A stretch of 64,000 bases of DNA, from the NCBI GenBank assembly GCA_963757435.1, contig CAVWSC010000024.1, positions 22,238 through 86,237 on the forward strand, written 5' to 3'. Numbering within the stretch: the first letter of the stretch is position 1; each line of letters opens with the position of its first letter. This DNA is from Lewinellaceae bacterium (lineage in GTDB: Bacteria; Bacteroidota; Bacteroidia; Chitinophagales; Saprospiraceae). Below are positions 49,502-61,100 of this stretch, in pieces. The notes beneath the pieces are model-generated. The model was given only the letters and a program-made list of their open reading frames with translations. It ran no database searches and had not been told where the DNA came from. The position numbers and the translations under genes were made by a program.

Positions 49502-50338
49502 TTACGCTCCAAACACCACTCCCTCCGCCACCTCCCTACTCGCCTCCAGATCCATCTTCAGGCTGTCAATTTTCATCCCGATCGTTACCAGCGCGGTTTT
49601 GCCGAGCACCAGGCGCAACGGCGGATTCTCCCGTCGGCTCAGGTCCACAATCGCGGTGGCGGCGCGGGCGGGGTCTCCCTCCTGTTTGCCGTCGACGGCT
49701 TTGATCTTGCTGCGGAAGCTGCCGGCGGTTGCGGCATAATCGGCGATTTTCGTTTTGGCTAGGCCGAAGCCCGCGCCCGCAAACTGAGTGCGGAAAGGAC
49801 CGGGTTCCACCAGCGTAACGTGAATGCCGAGCGGAGCTACTTCCTGGGCCAGGGCTTCGCTGAAACCCTCCAAGGCAAATTTGCCGGCATTGTAGAGACC
49901 GAATCCGGGAAAAGCCTTGATGCCACCGTGCGATGAAATCTGGATAATGCGTCCACCGCCCCGCCGGCGAAAGTGCGGCAGAAAAGCCCGCGTAACTTCC
50001 AACGCGCCGAAGAAGTTCACTTCCATTAACCGGCGGCTTTCGGCGGGGCTAGTTTCCTCAATGGCCCCGGCAAAGCCGATACCGGCATTGTTAACGAGCA
50101 CCGCCACGTCCCTCTGCTCCTCTAATACCCGCTGGGTGACGCTGGTGATGGCCGCCTGGTCGGTTACGTCCAGCACGTAGGCGTAGCCCCGGCCCGCGTG
50201 AGCGGCGTTAAAAGCGGCCGCTTGCTCCGCCTGACGGAAAGTGCCGATGGCGAAATCTCCTCGCTCCATAACTTCCCGTGCGAGGGCCGCGCCCAGACCG
50301 CTGGAGATTCCCGTAATAAACCATTTTTGCTGTTGCAT
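49502..50338 (-). CDS. SDR-family short-chain dehydrogenase/reductase
   Basis: TGISSGLGAALA Rossmann motif, YxxxK (YNAGK) catalytic motif; start at 50338. Confidence 0.8.
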   Translation of the reverse strand: MQQQKWFITGISSGLGAALAREVMERGDFAIGTFRQAEQAAAFNAAHAGRGYAYVLDVTDQAAITSVTQRVLEEQRDVAVLVNNAGIGFAGAIEETSPAESRRLMEVNFFGALEVTRAFLPHFRRRGGGRIIQISSHGGIKAFPGFGLYNAGKFALEGFSEALAQEVAPLGIHVTLVEPGPFRTQFAGAGFGLAKTKIADYAATAGSFRSKIKAVDGKQEGDPARAATAIVDLSRRENPPLRLVLGKTALVTIGMKIDSLKMDLEASREVAEGVVFGA

Positions 50339-50429
50339 GCGTTGCTTTTTGATCGTTCCGGCCTCCGGTACAATGCGTAGCGGGTACCGACGGTGACGAT
50401 GTGAAGGTGGGGCGATCAACAATGATTGA

Positions 50430-51311
50430 TTAGGAGTGATCCGACAAATTTCGGTACTTTTCAGACATCTTCTGTCGGAACTCACGGGGAGAATCACCTG
50501 TTTTACGACGAAAAAGCTTGGCAAAATAAGAGCCGTCGAAGTAGTTTAGCCGGGATGCTATCTCACCCACCGGCAACTCGGTAAAGGTCAGGTAACGCTT
50601 GGCCTCCAGTAGGCGGCGGCTGATGAGGTATTCGGTCGCCGCCGCGCCGGTCACGCGCCGTGCGATACGATTAAGCTGGTGGGTAGTGACGGCCAGCGCG
50701 GCAGCGTAATCCGCCGCCGACCAATCATCGGCATACCGTTCTTCTACCAACCGCCGAAAGGCCCGAAATTGTGTGGCCGAACCGGCTGATAGTACCGTCT
50801 GCCGCCCCCCGATCCGCCAAACGGTCAGGAGCAAAACCTGGAGTAAGTGTCGTAAAATAGCAGGGTCTGCCGCCGGCCGCTCATATTCCGCTTCCAGTAG
50901 GCGAATGATTTCAGTAGCCTGCCCAAAATCCTCCTCCCCGAACTGGTATAAAGGAAGCCGGTAAAACTGGTCCAGCAGTTCCGGTTCCCTTGCAACTTCG
51001 TTCCCGGCCAGCAAAAAATCCTCCGTAAAAAAAATGCTCCCTCCCTGCAAGTGCCGCCAGTTTTCAAAGTGGTGCAATTGCCCTGGCGCGATGAGTAACA
51101 ATGAGTTAGTCGCCGTCTCATATTCTTGATAATCAATCACCTGCGTTGTTGATCCACCTACCACCCAGATCAACTCGTAAAACGTATGCTTGTGCGGGTC
51201 TTCCACCTCGGGTTCCTCCATTGTTCCAAAGCGAGTAACGGCAAAATCGGTCGGCCGCCGGGGCTGGTTAATGAAGTGACCGATGTGGTAAAAGGGAAAG
51301 GAAGTAGCCAT
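50430..51311 (-). CDS. AraC-family transcriptional regulator (cupin + HTH)
   Basis: C-terminal AraC HTH (…YFAKLFRRKTGDSPREFR…). Confidence 0.8.
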   Translation of the reverse strand: MATSFPFYHIGHFINQPRRPTDFAVTRFGTMEEPEVEDPHKHTFYELIWVVGGSTTQVIDYQEYETATNSLLLIAPGQLHHFENWRHLQGGSIFFTEDFLLAGNEVAREPELLDQFYRLPLYQFGEEDFGQATEIIRLLEAEYERPAADPAILRHLLQVLLLTVWRIGGRQTVLSAGSATQFRAFRRLVEERYADDWSAADYAAALAVTTHQLNRIARRVTGAAATEYLISRRLLEAKRYLTFTELPVGEIASRLNYFDGSYFAKLFRRKTGDSPREFRQKMSEKYRNLSDHS

Positions 51312-51375
51312 TGCGCAAAGTTAAGAGCGGTCGGTGAAGAGTAACCGTCATTATTTTTCAGACTTGATAGTAATA

Positions 51376-51488
51376 TGGCGGGCGTGCCCCCAGCCCTAAC
51401 GGGCGTGGGGTCGGCGTCTTCCAGGCTCGCTGTTCGCTCGGCCCTGCGGGCTGCGGGCCGGTGCCCGCACCTTCCAGGTGCCTCACGC
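51376..51488 (+). repeat. REP-like element family A, copy 9
   Basis: GGCGGGCGTGCCCCCAGCC…CCTTCCAGGTGCCTCACGC. Confidence 0.7.
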
Positions 51489-51630
51489 GGGGGGGAGGGA
51501 GGGGTAATGAGAAACTGAAACTCTCTTTGCGCGTTTGCATAGAAACTAACAATAACCAATTCGCATTTGACGATCTACTAACTTGCGATTCGGTATTATA
51601 TGAGTGCACTAACGAAAAGATGTAAGCCTA

Positions 51631-51870
51631 ATGGAAAATATACTAATAAGCAACTACCTGTCAATCATTGATAGGCTTGACATTGATGCTAAGTTAGCGT
51701 TACTTTCAGCACTAACGGATAACATCAGAGAATCAGTAAATAGGCCACGAGAGAATAAAATGGAATTACTCGATAAGTTATACGGCTCCTGGGCAGATGT
51801 TGATGACGGTATCATAGATGATATTTATAGTAACCGGGCTATATCAGATCGCGAAATAACTTTTGACTAA
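51631..51870 (+). CDS. putative type II antitoxin (partner of downstream PIN toxin)
   Basis: 79-aa ORF ending 2 bp before the PIN gene; low-GC; no family recognised. Confidence 0.4.
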   Translation: MENILISNYLSIIDRLDIDAKLALLSALTDNIRESVNRPRENKMELLDKLYGSWADVDDGIIDDIYSNRAISDREITFD

Positions 51871-51872
51871 AC

Positions 51873-52295
51873 ATGAAATATTTAATCGATACGGACATAT
51901 GCATATTTTATTTCAAAGGGAAATTTAATATTCGCGAGAAAGTGAGCAGCGTAGAAATAGCGAACTGTTACGTTTCAGAAATTACGTTGCTTGAATTAAC
52001 GTATGGTGCTTACAACAGTGTACAATTTGAGAAGCACATTACAGAAGTTCACAGTTTAGAGAAAATTTTTGAAGTGCTAGCCGTTAGACCAGTCAAAGAG
52101 ATTTATGCGCAAGAGCGAAAGAGGTTAAAAGATTTAGGAGCGTTAATTCCTAACTTCGATCTACTCATCGGTTGTACTGCCGTCCACTACAATATGACCA
52201 TGGTGACAAAGAATACAAAACATTTGAGTCGAGTCGAGGGCATAAAAGTAGAGGATTGGACATCAAAAGAACACAACTCTTTTATCAAAAAATAA
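51873..52295 (+). CDS. vapC: PIN-domain toxin, VapC family
   Basis: MKYLIDTDICIF… N-terminal PIN acidic residues, 140 aa. Confidence 0.75.
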   Translation: MKYLIDTDICIFYFKGKFNIREKVSSVEIANCYVSEITLLELTYGAYNSVQFEKHITEVHSLEKIFEVLAVRPVKEIYAQERKRLKDLGALIPNFDLLIGCTAVHYNMTMVTKNTKHLSRVEGIKVEDWTSKEHNSFIKK

Positions 52296-52398
52296 TTTTT
52301 AGACGGCTCTCGTCTACGAGGAACTTTTTCGGCTGGTGCCGAAACCAGACGCCTCGGAGAAGGAGACATTTAGCCTGAATGATTTGGACATTAAAAAA

Positions 52399-52800
52399 TG
52401 GTCGCCGCTCCTCCGATGCATCATTCGCCTGGATAAGCTTGCCAAGTCAGGATAAATTTCCTAGCGAATGTTCATCGTAGGCGTCGCTGCACCCGCGAAA
52501 ATGGTCGCCGCTCCTCCGGATGCATCATTCGCCTGGATAAGCTTGCCAAGTCAGGATAAATTTCCTAGCGAATGTTCATCGTAGGCGTCGCTGCACCCGC
52601 GAAAATGGTCGCCGCTCCTCCGATGCATCATTCGCCTGGATAAGCTTGCCAAGTCAGGATAAATTTCCTAGCGAATGTTCATCGTAGGCGTCGCTGCAAT
52701 GGTCGCCGCTCCTCCGATGCATCATTTGCCTGGATAAGCTTGCCAAGTCAGGATAAATTTCCTAGCGAATATTCATCGTAGGCGTCGCTGCACCCGCGCT
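52399..52800. repeat. tandem array of 4 units of a ~93-107-bp repeat
   Basis: TGGTCGCCGCTCCTCCGATGCATCATTCGCCTGGATAAGCTTGCCAAGTCAGGATAAATTTCCTAGCGAATGTTCATCGTAGGCGTCGCTGCACCCGCGAAAA x4, each with an internal inverted repeat. Confidence 0.8.
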
Positions 52801-53694
52801 AGCACCCACTCCCAATTCCCACCACCCACCCCCGCGAGGTTTCCCACACCAAGCCGGCGGCAAGCTCGCCCGGAAGCCGGACGGTGTACCCGCCCCAGAG
52901 TTCCCCGCCAAGCTACCATCCGAACCGGGCCGGCGCAGAGACGACGGCTTTTGCCAGACACTGCCGTCCCTCGTGCGGTAAATTTCATTTTTCGCACTCA
53001 CAGCATAGAGGTAATCTCCCTGCTGGATGAGTCGGATAATAGCCCACTCGGAAACCAGGTCCGACCAGGCGATGTCCGAGCCGTTGAGGATGCCCATGCC
53101 GTTTTGCTTGGCGACGAAAATCTTGCCACCATGCAAGGCCAGCGCATTGGTGCGCACGTTCTTATCCGGGCGGCGCAGTTGCCAACTTTCTCCCCGGTCA
53201 AAGGATTGCCAGATGCCGTTTTGGGTGCCCGCCAGCAGCAGGTCGTTGGTAAACAGGAGGGAACCGACGACATCGGAAATGTTGAAGATCGGCCGCTGCC
53301 AGGTAGCACCGCCGTCCTTGGAGAGGTAGACCCCACTGGAGAAAGTGCCCAGAACAAGCACCTTTCCCTGTGCGACAAGAGACGTAGGGAAGAAGTGGAA
53401 CTTCTTATCCAGTGGCAGGCCGTTACTGCGGGGCTGCCAGGTGCAATCGCCGGCAGGTAAGAGATAGACGCCGTAATTCCGGGTGGTCAGGTAAAGATGG
53501 CCTCCTTGCTCCACCACTTCGAGGGGTTGGACGTCCTCCGGCAGCCCGTCCATGAAACTGTTCCAGATTTTACCTTGGTCGGCACTGAGGTAAAGGGCGG
53601 CGGGCAGTGGAGACAAGGGGGGTAAGTCGGCAGTTGGAGCGGCCGCAGTTGCGCTGAAACTGAATAGGTGTAGGAGGAGGGCGAAGAGGAGCAT
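52762..53694 (-). CDS. BNR/Asp-box repeat beta-propeller protein (Ycf48-like), secreted
   Basis: Signal peptide; S-x-D-x-G-x-(T/S)-W repeats (SADQGKIW, SKDGGATW, FDRGESW, TRDGSVW); 3' end runs into the tandem repeat array. Confidence 0.55.
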   Translation of the reverse strand: MLLFALLLHLFSFSATAAAPTADLPPLSPLPAALYLSADQGKIWNSFMDGLPEDVQPLEVVEQGGHLYLTTRNYGVYLLPAGDCTWQPRSNGLPLDKKFHFFPTSLVAQGKVLVLGTFSSGVYLSKDGGATWQRPIFNISDVVGSLLFTNDLLLAGTQNGIWQSFDRGESWQLRRPDKNVRTNALALHGGKIFVAKQNGMGILNGSDIAWSDLVSEWAIIRLIQQGDYLYAVSAKNEIYRTRDGSVWQKPSSLRRPGSDGSLAGNSGAGTPSGFRASLPPAWCGKPRGGGWWELGVGASAGAATPTMNIR

Positions 53695-53891
53695 GGATCG
53701 GAGCTTTTTTGTTACCGAAAGACAAGGTAAGGTGGGGCGGCTCCGGATGCCCGGTAACGGATGTAAAAGAATGTAAAGCCGGGGGTATTAGCGAAATCAG
53801 ATATTCGGATGTACTCGTTTTACGCCGAGTACAGCGGCCTCTCGTGAAGAAGCACGGGCCGGGAGAAAAATCCATTAAACAGATCGGAATC

Positions 53892-54851
53892 CTAAAAATC
53901 CCGCGGACTCACAATCGCCTCCCCGTCCGAGCGGCCGCCGATGGCGTACTGCAACAGCACCTCCACGCTACCGCTCTGGTAATCCTTGATTTCGCTCAGG
54001 GTGAGGTCATAGGAGAAGCCGGCGCGGAGGTTATCGCCGATATTGGTGCCGAACAGGAGGCTGACGCTCTCCCCGATACCGCTGGATTTGGAGCCGCCGA
54101 GGCGGTAGGAAAGACCGCCGTAGAACGAATCGTCCCACCAGGCGGTGACGTTGGCGTCGGCATCGAAGGGGGCACCCTTGACGTACTTGAGCAGGACCTG
54201 GGGGATGACCCTTAGCTTATCGCTCGCCTTTACCCGGATACCGGCCATGGCGTACATATGCCGGGCCTCGCGGGAAATGATGGTGGTTTCCTCGCTCAGG
54301 TCGATGCTGTTTTCCACCAGGCGGGGGGCACTGATGCCGAGGTAGAAGCGGGGACTATCGTAGTAAAGGCCCGCCCCGAAGTTGGGTACGTACTTGCTCT
54401 GGATGCCCGCCGGAATGGATTCGTCACCCGTCTGGACGGGGGCCGCCTCCGTGAAATCAACGCGCAGCAGGCGCACCGAGGTGGAAATGCCCACGCCCAG
54501 CGTGCCGCCCGTGCCCACGTTAATGCGGTAGGCGTAATCCGCCTCGGCGGTGTAAAATTCACTCAATCCCAAGGTGGACCGGCTGATCTGGCCGCCCAAC
54601 CCGATGCCGTTGCCCGTAAGGCGGGTATTGAAGGTGATCAATTGCGAGGATGGCGCATCGTCGAAACCCAGCCACTGCTGCCGGTAGATGGCCGTAAAAG
54701 TACCGGTCTCCACCGCGCCCGCGAAAGCGGGGTTGTAACCCAGTTTGTGTTCCATGAACTGGGTGAACTGCGCTTCCTGCTGGGCCGCCAGGCGGGGGGC
54801 GAAGGCACTGAAGAATAACACTAAGAAAACGAGGGGAGTAAACTGCTTCAT
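53892..54851 (-). CDS. sprF: T9SS PorP/SprF-family outer-membrane protein
   Basis: Signal peptide then …QFTQFMEHKLGYNPAFAG… N-terminal PorP/SprF signature; directly downstream of SprB-like gene. Confidence 0.7.
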   Translation of the reverse strand: MKQFTPLVFLVLFFSAFAPRLAAQQEAQFTQFMEHKLGYNPAFAGAVETGTFTAIYRQQWLGFDDAPSSQLITFNTRLTGNGIGLGGQISRSTLGLSEFYTAEADYAYRINVGTGGTLGVGISTSVRLLRVDFTEAAPVQTGDESIPAGIQSKYVPNFGAGLYYDSPRFYLGISAPRLVENSIDLSEETTIISREARHMYAMAGIRVKASDKLRVIPQVLLKYVKGAPFDADANVTAWWDDSFYGGLSYRLGGSKSSGIGESVSLLFGTNIGDNLRAGFSYDLTLSEIKDYQSGSVEVLLQYAIGGRSDGEAIVSPRDF

Positions 54852-55006
54852 GTTAGTGGGATTGGCTTCGCTGACACTCAGTCATTGCTGATGGCTCGAG
54901 CGGCGGGAAGTAAGGAGTAAAGCGTTGCTGTAATAAGGTGATAAGTAATTCGTGAAACTCGGAAAACCGAAAATTCGTGTCCCCGCCGAAAAACCGTCGG
55001 GTACCT

Positions 55007-55134
55007 GCGTGAGGTGCCTGGAAGGGCGGCCGTTCAGGCCGAGACCCGAAGGCGTAGCCGGAGGGGCCGAGCCGATAGGCGAGCCTGGAAGGGACCGACC
55101 GCCCCGCAGTTTTGCGGGGCGGATACGCCCAAAA
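55007..55134 (-). repeat. REP-like element family A, copy 10 (reverse)
   Basis: GCGTGAGGTGCCTGGAAGGGCGG…GGATACGCCC. Confidence 0.7.
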
Positions 55135-55162
55135 TCCCTTCCAGGACTCAACAGTCAAATCG

Positions 55163-58100
55163 TTAGCGCTGAATCATTACGTAGCCTTCCAACGGCACCG
55201 TCCCGTCACCCGGATCGACGACGTAGAAGTAAGTGCCGACCGGTAGGTCCTCACCGTCGTAAGTGCCCCGCCAATCGTTATCGTAGGGGATGCCGGAGAC
55301 GTAGACCTCGTCGCCCCACTGGTTGAAGATGCGGACCTGGCTCTGCGGGAACCGGCCCTCGTCCAGTAGGCAGGGAACTACGAAAGCATCATTGAGGCCG
55401 TCGTTGTTGGGTGTGAAAATGTTGGGCGGCGTGCAACGGGCCGACTGGCCGACCTGGAAGTCGATCAGGGCATTTACCGTGGTGCAACCAGTGCTTTGTA
55501 GCTCGTAAAAGACCGTGATCGTCCCCACGAAATTAGCCGGGGGCACGAACTGGAACCCGCCCTGACCGTCCGATTCCACGCGGCCCTGACTGGGCACGGT
55601 CGGGAAATTGACCGTCGATCCGGGCGGCACGTCGTCGTTGATCGTGGGATCGAAGGGCGTGGTCACGCCGAAGGGCACCATTACGGCATCGGCCACCGCC
55701 AGCGGTGGCTCTTTGTAAAGAATGACGGTAGTATCGCGCGCTCCCGCACCGCACAGGCCCTGGTCGACCGTCCAAACGAGCAGGTTCTCACCCACCGCGA
55801 GGTTACTGACCAGCGTACTGCGGTTAGCCGGGTTGGCGATAACGATACCCGCGTCCGGGCTGGACCAGCGGCCGATACTGCCGATACTCGGAGCGGCCGC
55901 CGTGACGGTTGCCGTGGCACCGAAGTCGCAGGCGATCACGTCGGGTCCGGCATCGGGGTCGGGGTCGCTGATGTTGACCAGCACCACGTCGGTAGAAATT
56001 CCGCACAGGCTGGTGACGATCCAGTTGAAAGAATAAACGTTATCGGGCTGTAGCCCGGTAATGGCCGTCTGTGGATCGTTGGGGTTGGCGATCACTACTC
56101 CCAGGATTTCCTGCGCTAGCGGTTGGGTCCACTGTCCCGTGCTGCCGGAATTCGCGGGCGCGGTAGCATTCAGTTGTACCGATGTGTTGGCGCAAACCAG
56201 GATGTTTTCCCCGGCCTGGGCGGCTTCGGCGGCCGTTACGGAAATCGTGATGTCGTCGGTCGAGTAATTTTGACAGCTGCCGTTCGACAGCGACCAACGG
56301 AAGGAGTAGGGGCTACCCGCGATCGTCATACCGGTGATGGCGGTGGTGGACGATTGGGGGGCGGTGATGAAAGCGGTGGAGTCGCCGCCTACTTGCGTCC
56401 AGCGGCCGGTAGCGACACTGGGTTGCTGGGCGACCAGTACGAACACACCCGCGCAAACGGTGGTGTCGGGACTCACATTGGCTACGTCGGCCGGTATCCG
56501 GTCCAGTCGTACCGAAGCCCCACCCGAGAGCGGACTGGTACAGCCATCTAGGTCGGCCCGCACGAAGAAATTGTAGTTACCCGACTGGCCGAAGAGCGTG
56601 AAGTCGGTTAGTCCGAATTCCAGACTAGGTGTAGGCGGGCTGACGGGCGTTACCCCATCGGCGGCAAACCACTGGTAGGCGGCCCCGGCCGTAGCCGAAT
56701 TAGTGGCTACGCTCAGGTTGATGATGGCACCCGGTTGGTCCAGACAGATCGGGCCGGCAATATTCGCCACCGGTGCCGTAGGGCGGGGGTTGACGATCAC
56801 TTCCACCAGCATCGTATCGGAAGGGCAGCCGTTGTTGCGGGCCACCACCCGGTAAATGCCGTTGTGTAGCGCGGCATCGGCCGTATTAATGGTCGGATTG
56901 GGCAGGCTGGAACTAAAGCCGTTCGGCCCCTGCCACACGTAGGTAGCTCCCGGCAGGTTGGTGGCCTGTAGCTGAATCACGCCACCCGCGCAAATGGGGG
57001 TGTTGCTGCCGGCTATTATGACCGGAAACGCATTGATGGTCAGGTTGCGTGGGAGGCTGAAGGGCGAGGAACATCCCTGGCGAACCACTCGTACGCGGTA
57101 GTTACCACTGCCGCCCGGCGCGGTACCGGTCAGCGTGATCATGGGTTCGGTGGTATTAATGACACTACCGCCGGGAAGTTCCCAGAAATAGGTCACGCCG
57201 GCCCCGTAATCGTTGGTCGTGAGGGTGAATGAATCACTGTTGCAGAAATTAGTTGCTCCGCTCAGCGTAGCCGGCATATTGGGCCGGGCGGGGGCGAAGT
57301 TCAGGTTGAGGGTGAAAGTGCGGGGGGGCGAGGTGCAGCCTTCGGGGTTGGTGGCCACCACCGTGTAATTACCGATGGATGCCTGGGTTGCGTTGGGGAT
57401 CATGAAGCTGTCCTGGCTACTCATGCCGCTCGGCCCGGTCCACTGGTAGGTGTAGGTGTCCATGCTATCCAGGGGGAAGACCGTGGCGGTCAGGGCAACG
57501 GTTTCGCCACCGTTCAAACAGCTCGGGGCATTGCTGTTAATGCCCAGTACCCGCAGGCCGGGGCGCACGTTCACCGCCAGTGTGCGGGAGGTGGTACAAC
57601 CGCTGGGGGAAGTGACCTGGAGGGTATAGTTGCCTCCGGCGGCGGCCGTCACGTTGGGGATAATGGGCGATACCTGGTTACTGGTAAAGCCATTCGGCCC
57701 CGACCAGAAATACTGGCTACCGGCGGTATTGCTGCTACCCTGCAGGATAAGATCGTTGCCCTCGCAAATAGGGTTGGGCGCGGAAACGGCGTCGGCCGTC
57801 GGTAGCTGATTGACCACTACCTGCGTAGGCATACTGGTGGGCGAGACGCAACCATTAACGGTTACGAACAACCGCCAAGAACCGGCCGAGGCGGCCGTAG
57901 CTGCCGGAACGGTCAGGTTAGGCACCATGCGTACCGTCTCTTCACCCGCTGGTGAAATAAAGGTGTAGGAACTGCCGCCCGTGGCTGCGGAGGTCAGGGT
58001 GAGCGGGGAACCCAGGCAAACCGGGCCGTCGTTGCTCAGTTGCGGCTGGGCGGGGGCGGGCAATACGTTGACCAGCACCGAATCCGGGGCGGAGAAACAA

Positions 58101-61100
58101 CCGCCGCCGCTGACCACGCGCAGGTAATAGAAGCCGGAGCTAAAGTTCTGTAGCGGCCCGAGTTCGGCGAACTGGTTGTTGCTGGTGTAGTTGTTCGGCC
58201 CCGTCCACTGGTAGGCGATGTTGCTCCCCGGAACAGTCTGGGCCGCCAGTACCAGGTTGGTTCCCTCGCAGCCGGAAAGCGTATTCGCTACCGTGGCGGC
58301 GATGGGCTGGGTTGTCGTAGTAACGGTGACGCCCTGCGAAGCGGTGCTCTCACAACCGTTCACCAGCACCCGCAGGTAAAAACGGCGGCCCGTATTGCCG
58401 TGGGGCGGCGGCACCATATACTCCGCCTGGGCGGTTTCGGCCAACAGCGTGCCCGTGGGAGCCACTCCCTCGTACCACTGATAAACGACCGTTCCGGCAA
58501 AGTTGGAAGTCGAGGTCAGGGGAATGGGCGTACCCGTACAAACGGCCATCGGCGCACTGAGCTGGGGGGAGATGGGTAGATCCTGGATCGTTACGTTGAC
58601 GGTGTTTTCCGCCATGCAGCCGGTGAGGCCCAGGATTTCCACGCGGTAGGCCCCTTCGTTCGCCTCGCTGATGCCGGGGATAACGGGGTTTTCCACGGTA
58701 CTGATCAAGTTACCATTGGGGCCGAACCAGCGGAAAGTGTACACCACCTGGCCGGGTACGGTGGGCGTCGGCGGATTAGTGAATAGGAAGAGCGTATCCC
58801 CACCGCACAGGCCGGAGTTAGCCGTTGGTTGCGGTTGCAGGGGTTGCACGGAAACGAAGGTACTGCCGGTATTTTCGTTGCCGTTCACGTCGCGGACCGT
58901 CAGGGTGACGGCCTGTGTGGTATTAAACTGGCTACAATCGAAGGTGGACGGGGCCAGCAGCAGGGTGTCGATGGTACAGTTGTCCGAACTCCCCGCGTCG
59001 ATGACCGAGGGGTCTACGGTCTGTGACAACAGGCCGCTGGGGTCGATGAAGACGGTAGTGGGCTGCACCAGTACGGTAGGTAGCGTGGTATCGCGCACCT
59101 CTACCGTCAGGTTACAGGTGTCGGCATTGCCGGCCAGATCGCTGAGGGTGTAGGAAAAGTCGGTGATGCCGACGGCAAATTCCAGATCGGGTTGACCGGC
59201 ATTCGTTCCCGGCGTAGTTAGTGGAACCGTCGTAACCCCGCTAGCGAAGTAGGAGGGTTGCAGGGTATTGTAAGTAATGGTGATGAACACGTAGCTGCTG
59301 CCGTCATTGCCGCCGTTGGTCGTTACCGGCGTGCAGGGGTTGATCCCGTCTCCCGGTGTTCCCGGCGGCACCGTGATCGCCCGCGGGCGGAAGGTGACCG
59401 TGAAGTTATTGGTCAGGGCCAGCGCGTTAAAGGTAGCAGCGGGGATGGTGCGGACATAAGTACCCGGTGCCGTGCAGGTCGCATCTCCCACGCTGCTCGC
59501 GCTCAGGGCGTTCCCGCCGTTGAGTAGCAGGTCGAAGGTAGCCTGGTTGGTGGCAAAATCCCCCCGGAAATTCGCCTGGATGGTAACCGTGCCGAACGCG
59601 TTGGCCGGCAGGCCGGTGAATACGATGTCCTTGTTCTGGGCCTGATAGCGGTTCAGGTTAGGGTCCAGGGCAAAGGTGAGCAGCGCGCCGGCCGTGTCGG
59701 CGGGCAGGGTCACGCTGGTTTCCATTGCCAGGCCGCAATTATCGGTAGCCGCTACGGGTAGGGGTACGCGAATCCGGGCCGAACAACTGTCAGCCGTCGT
59801 CACTACGCTCACATTGGGTGGGCAAACCACTTGCGGCGGTTCGCGGTCTTCTACGGTGATGGTGTGGCTGCAACTGTCCACATTTCCGTTGCAATCGGTC
59901 GCGTAATAAGTAATAAGATGGAAACCTTGCTCGAGGGTCGTGCGGAAAGTGTCGATCGGACTGACCGCCACCCGGGGCCGGTTGTCGATGCCGATGTCGT
60001 AGAAAATGGGTGAACTCCGGCGGATGGGTGTCCGTAGTTCTCCGATGGCCGTACTGCTACCGGCGCACAGGTCATTGATCGCAAAGGCTCCCGATTGTCC
60101 GGCCGGAATATTCGGCACCAGGCGGATTTTAATCATGCCGTCCACGGCATACTGATCGAACTGAAGACGCGTCAGAGCGGAGTCGATCACGGTGATCGAA
60201 GTACCGCACTGCGTATCGGCCGGGGCGGTGGTACCCAGCAGGGCACCGTCTTCCCCGAAAATGCGGAAGAACTCATCGGGCCCCTCGGCATCTACATTAT
60301 CCAGACGGATGGTCAGTCTGGTGATATTAAACGCGATCGCGGGCAGTTCCACGTTGATCGGGAAGTTGAACAGGATTTCGTCCACGGGCGTACTGCCCTC
60401 CTCGCCGGGGGCCGCCTGGCTGGTGATCGGCAGGGTGTCGCGGGTCACGTGCAGCAGCGTCAGGCCGGTCACGCAGCGGTCCCTGATCCGGGGCGGCGGC
60501 AGGGCGGCGTTGAATTCACAGGTCCCCTCGTCCGTACCCACGGTCCGGTTGGCGGGGCAGTCGAACAGATCGGGCGCATTGGGATCACCCTGACGGTAGA
60601 TCATGGTCGTCAGTTTCTGATTGCCGCACTCGTCTTCGGCCACTACGTCTACGTCGAGGGCGCGTACGTAGCCGTTGAGGGTGCAGATCAGATCGGGGAA
60701 AGTCGGCTCGGTCGTCGTACCGCTCACATAAACATTGTAAACGATGGCATTGCCGGGTGAGCAATTGTCCGTCGCCACGCCGCCGCCCAGGCTGGTGATC
60801 CAGTTGTTGTAGGCGACGAACTGATCCAGTTCGTTCTCGCAAGTCAGGATCAGGTTACTCGGCGGAGTGGTGAATACCGGTGCCGTCGTGTCGATCACGG
60901 TGATCGTCTGGGGGAAAGTGCGGCTGTTGTTGCAATCGTCGAAAATCCGCCACGTCCGCTGGATCACGTAATTGTTCGCGCAGGAACCGGGCTGGATCAC
61001 ATCCGTGAAATCCATGCCTACCGTCGGGTCGCAATTGTCGCTCAGGTCGGTGGGGGTTCCGGTAATGCTCGGCTCGTCGGCGTCCTGGCATTCTACCGTG

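Noticed and set aside
52399-52800. Possible CRISPR array
   Set aside because: Whole ~103-bp units repeat head-to-tail without variable spacers, and there are no cas genes.
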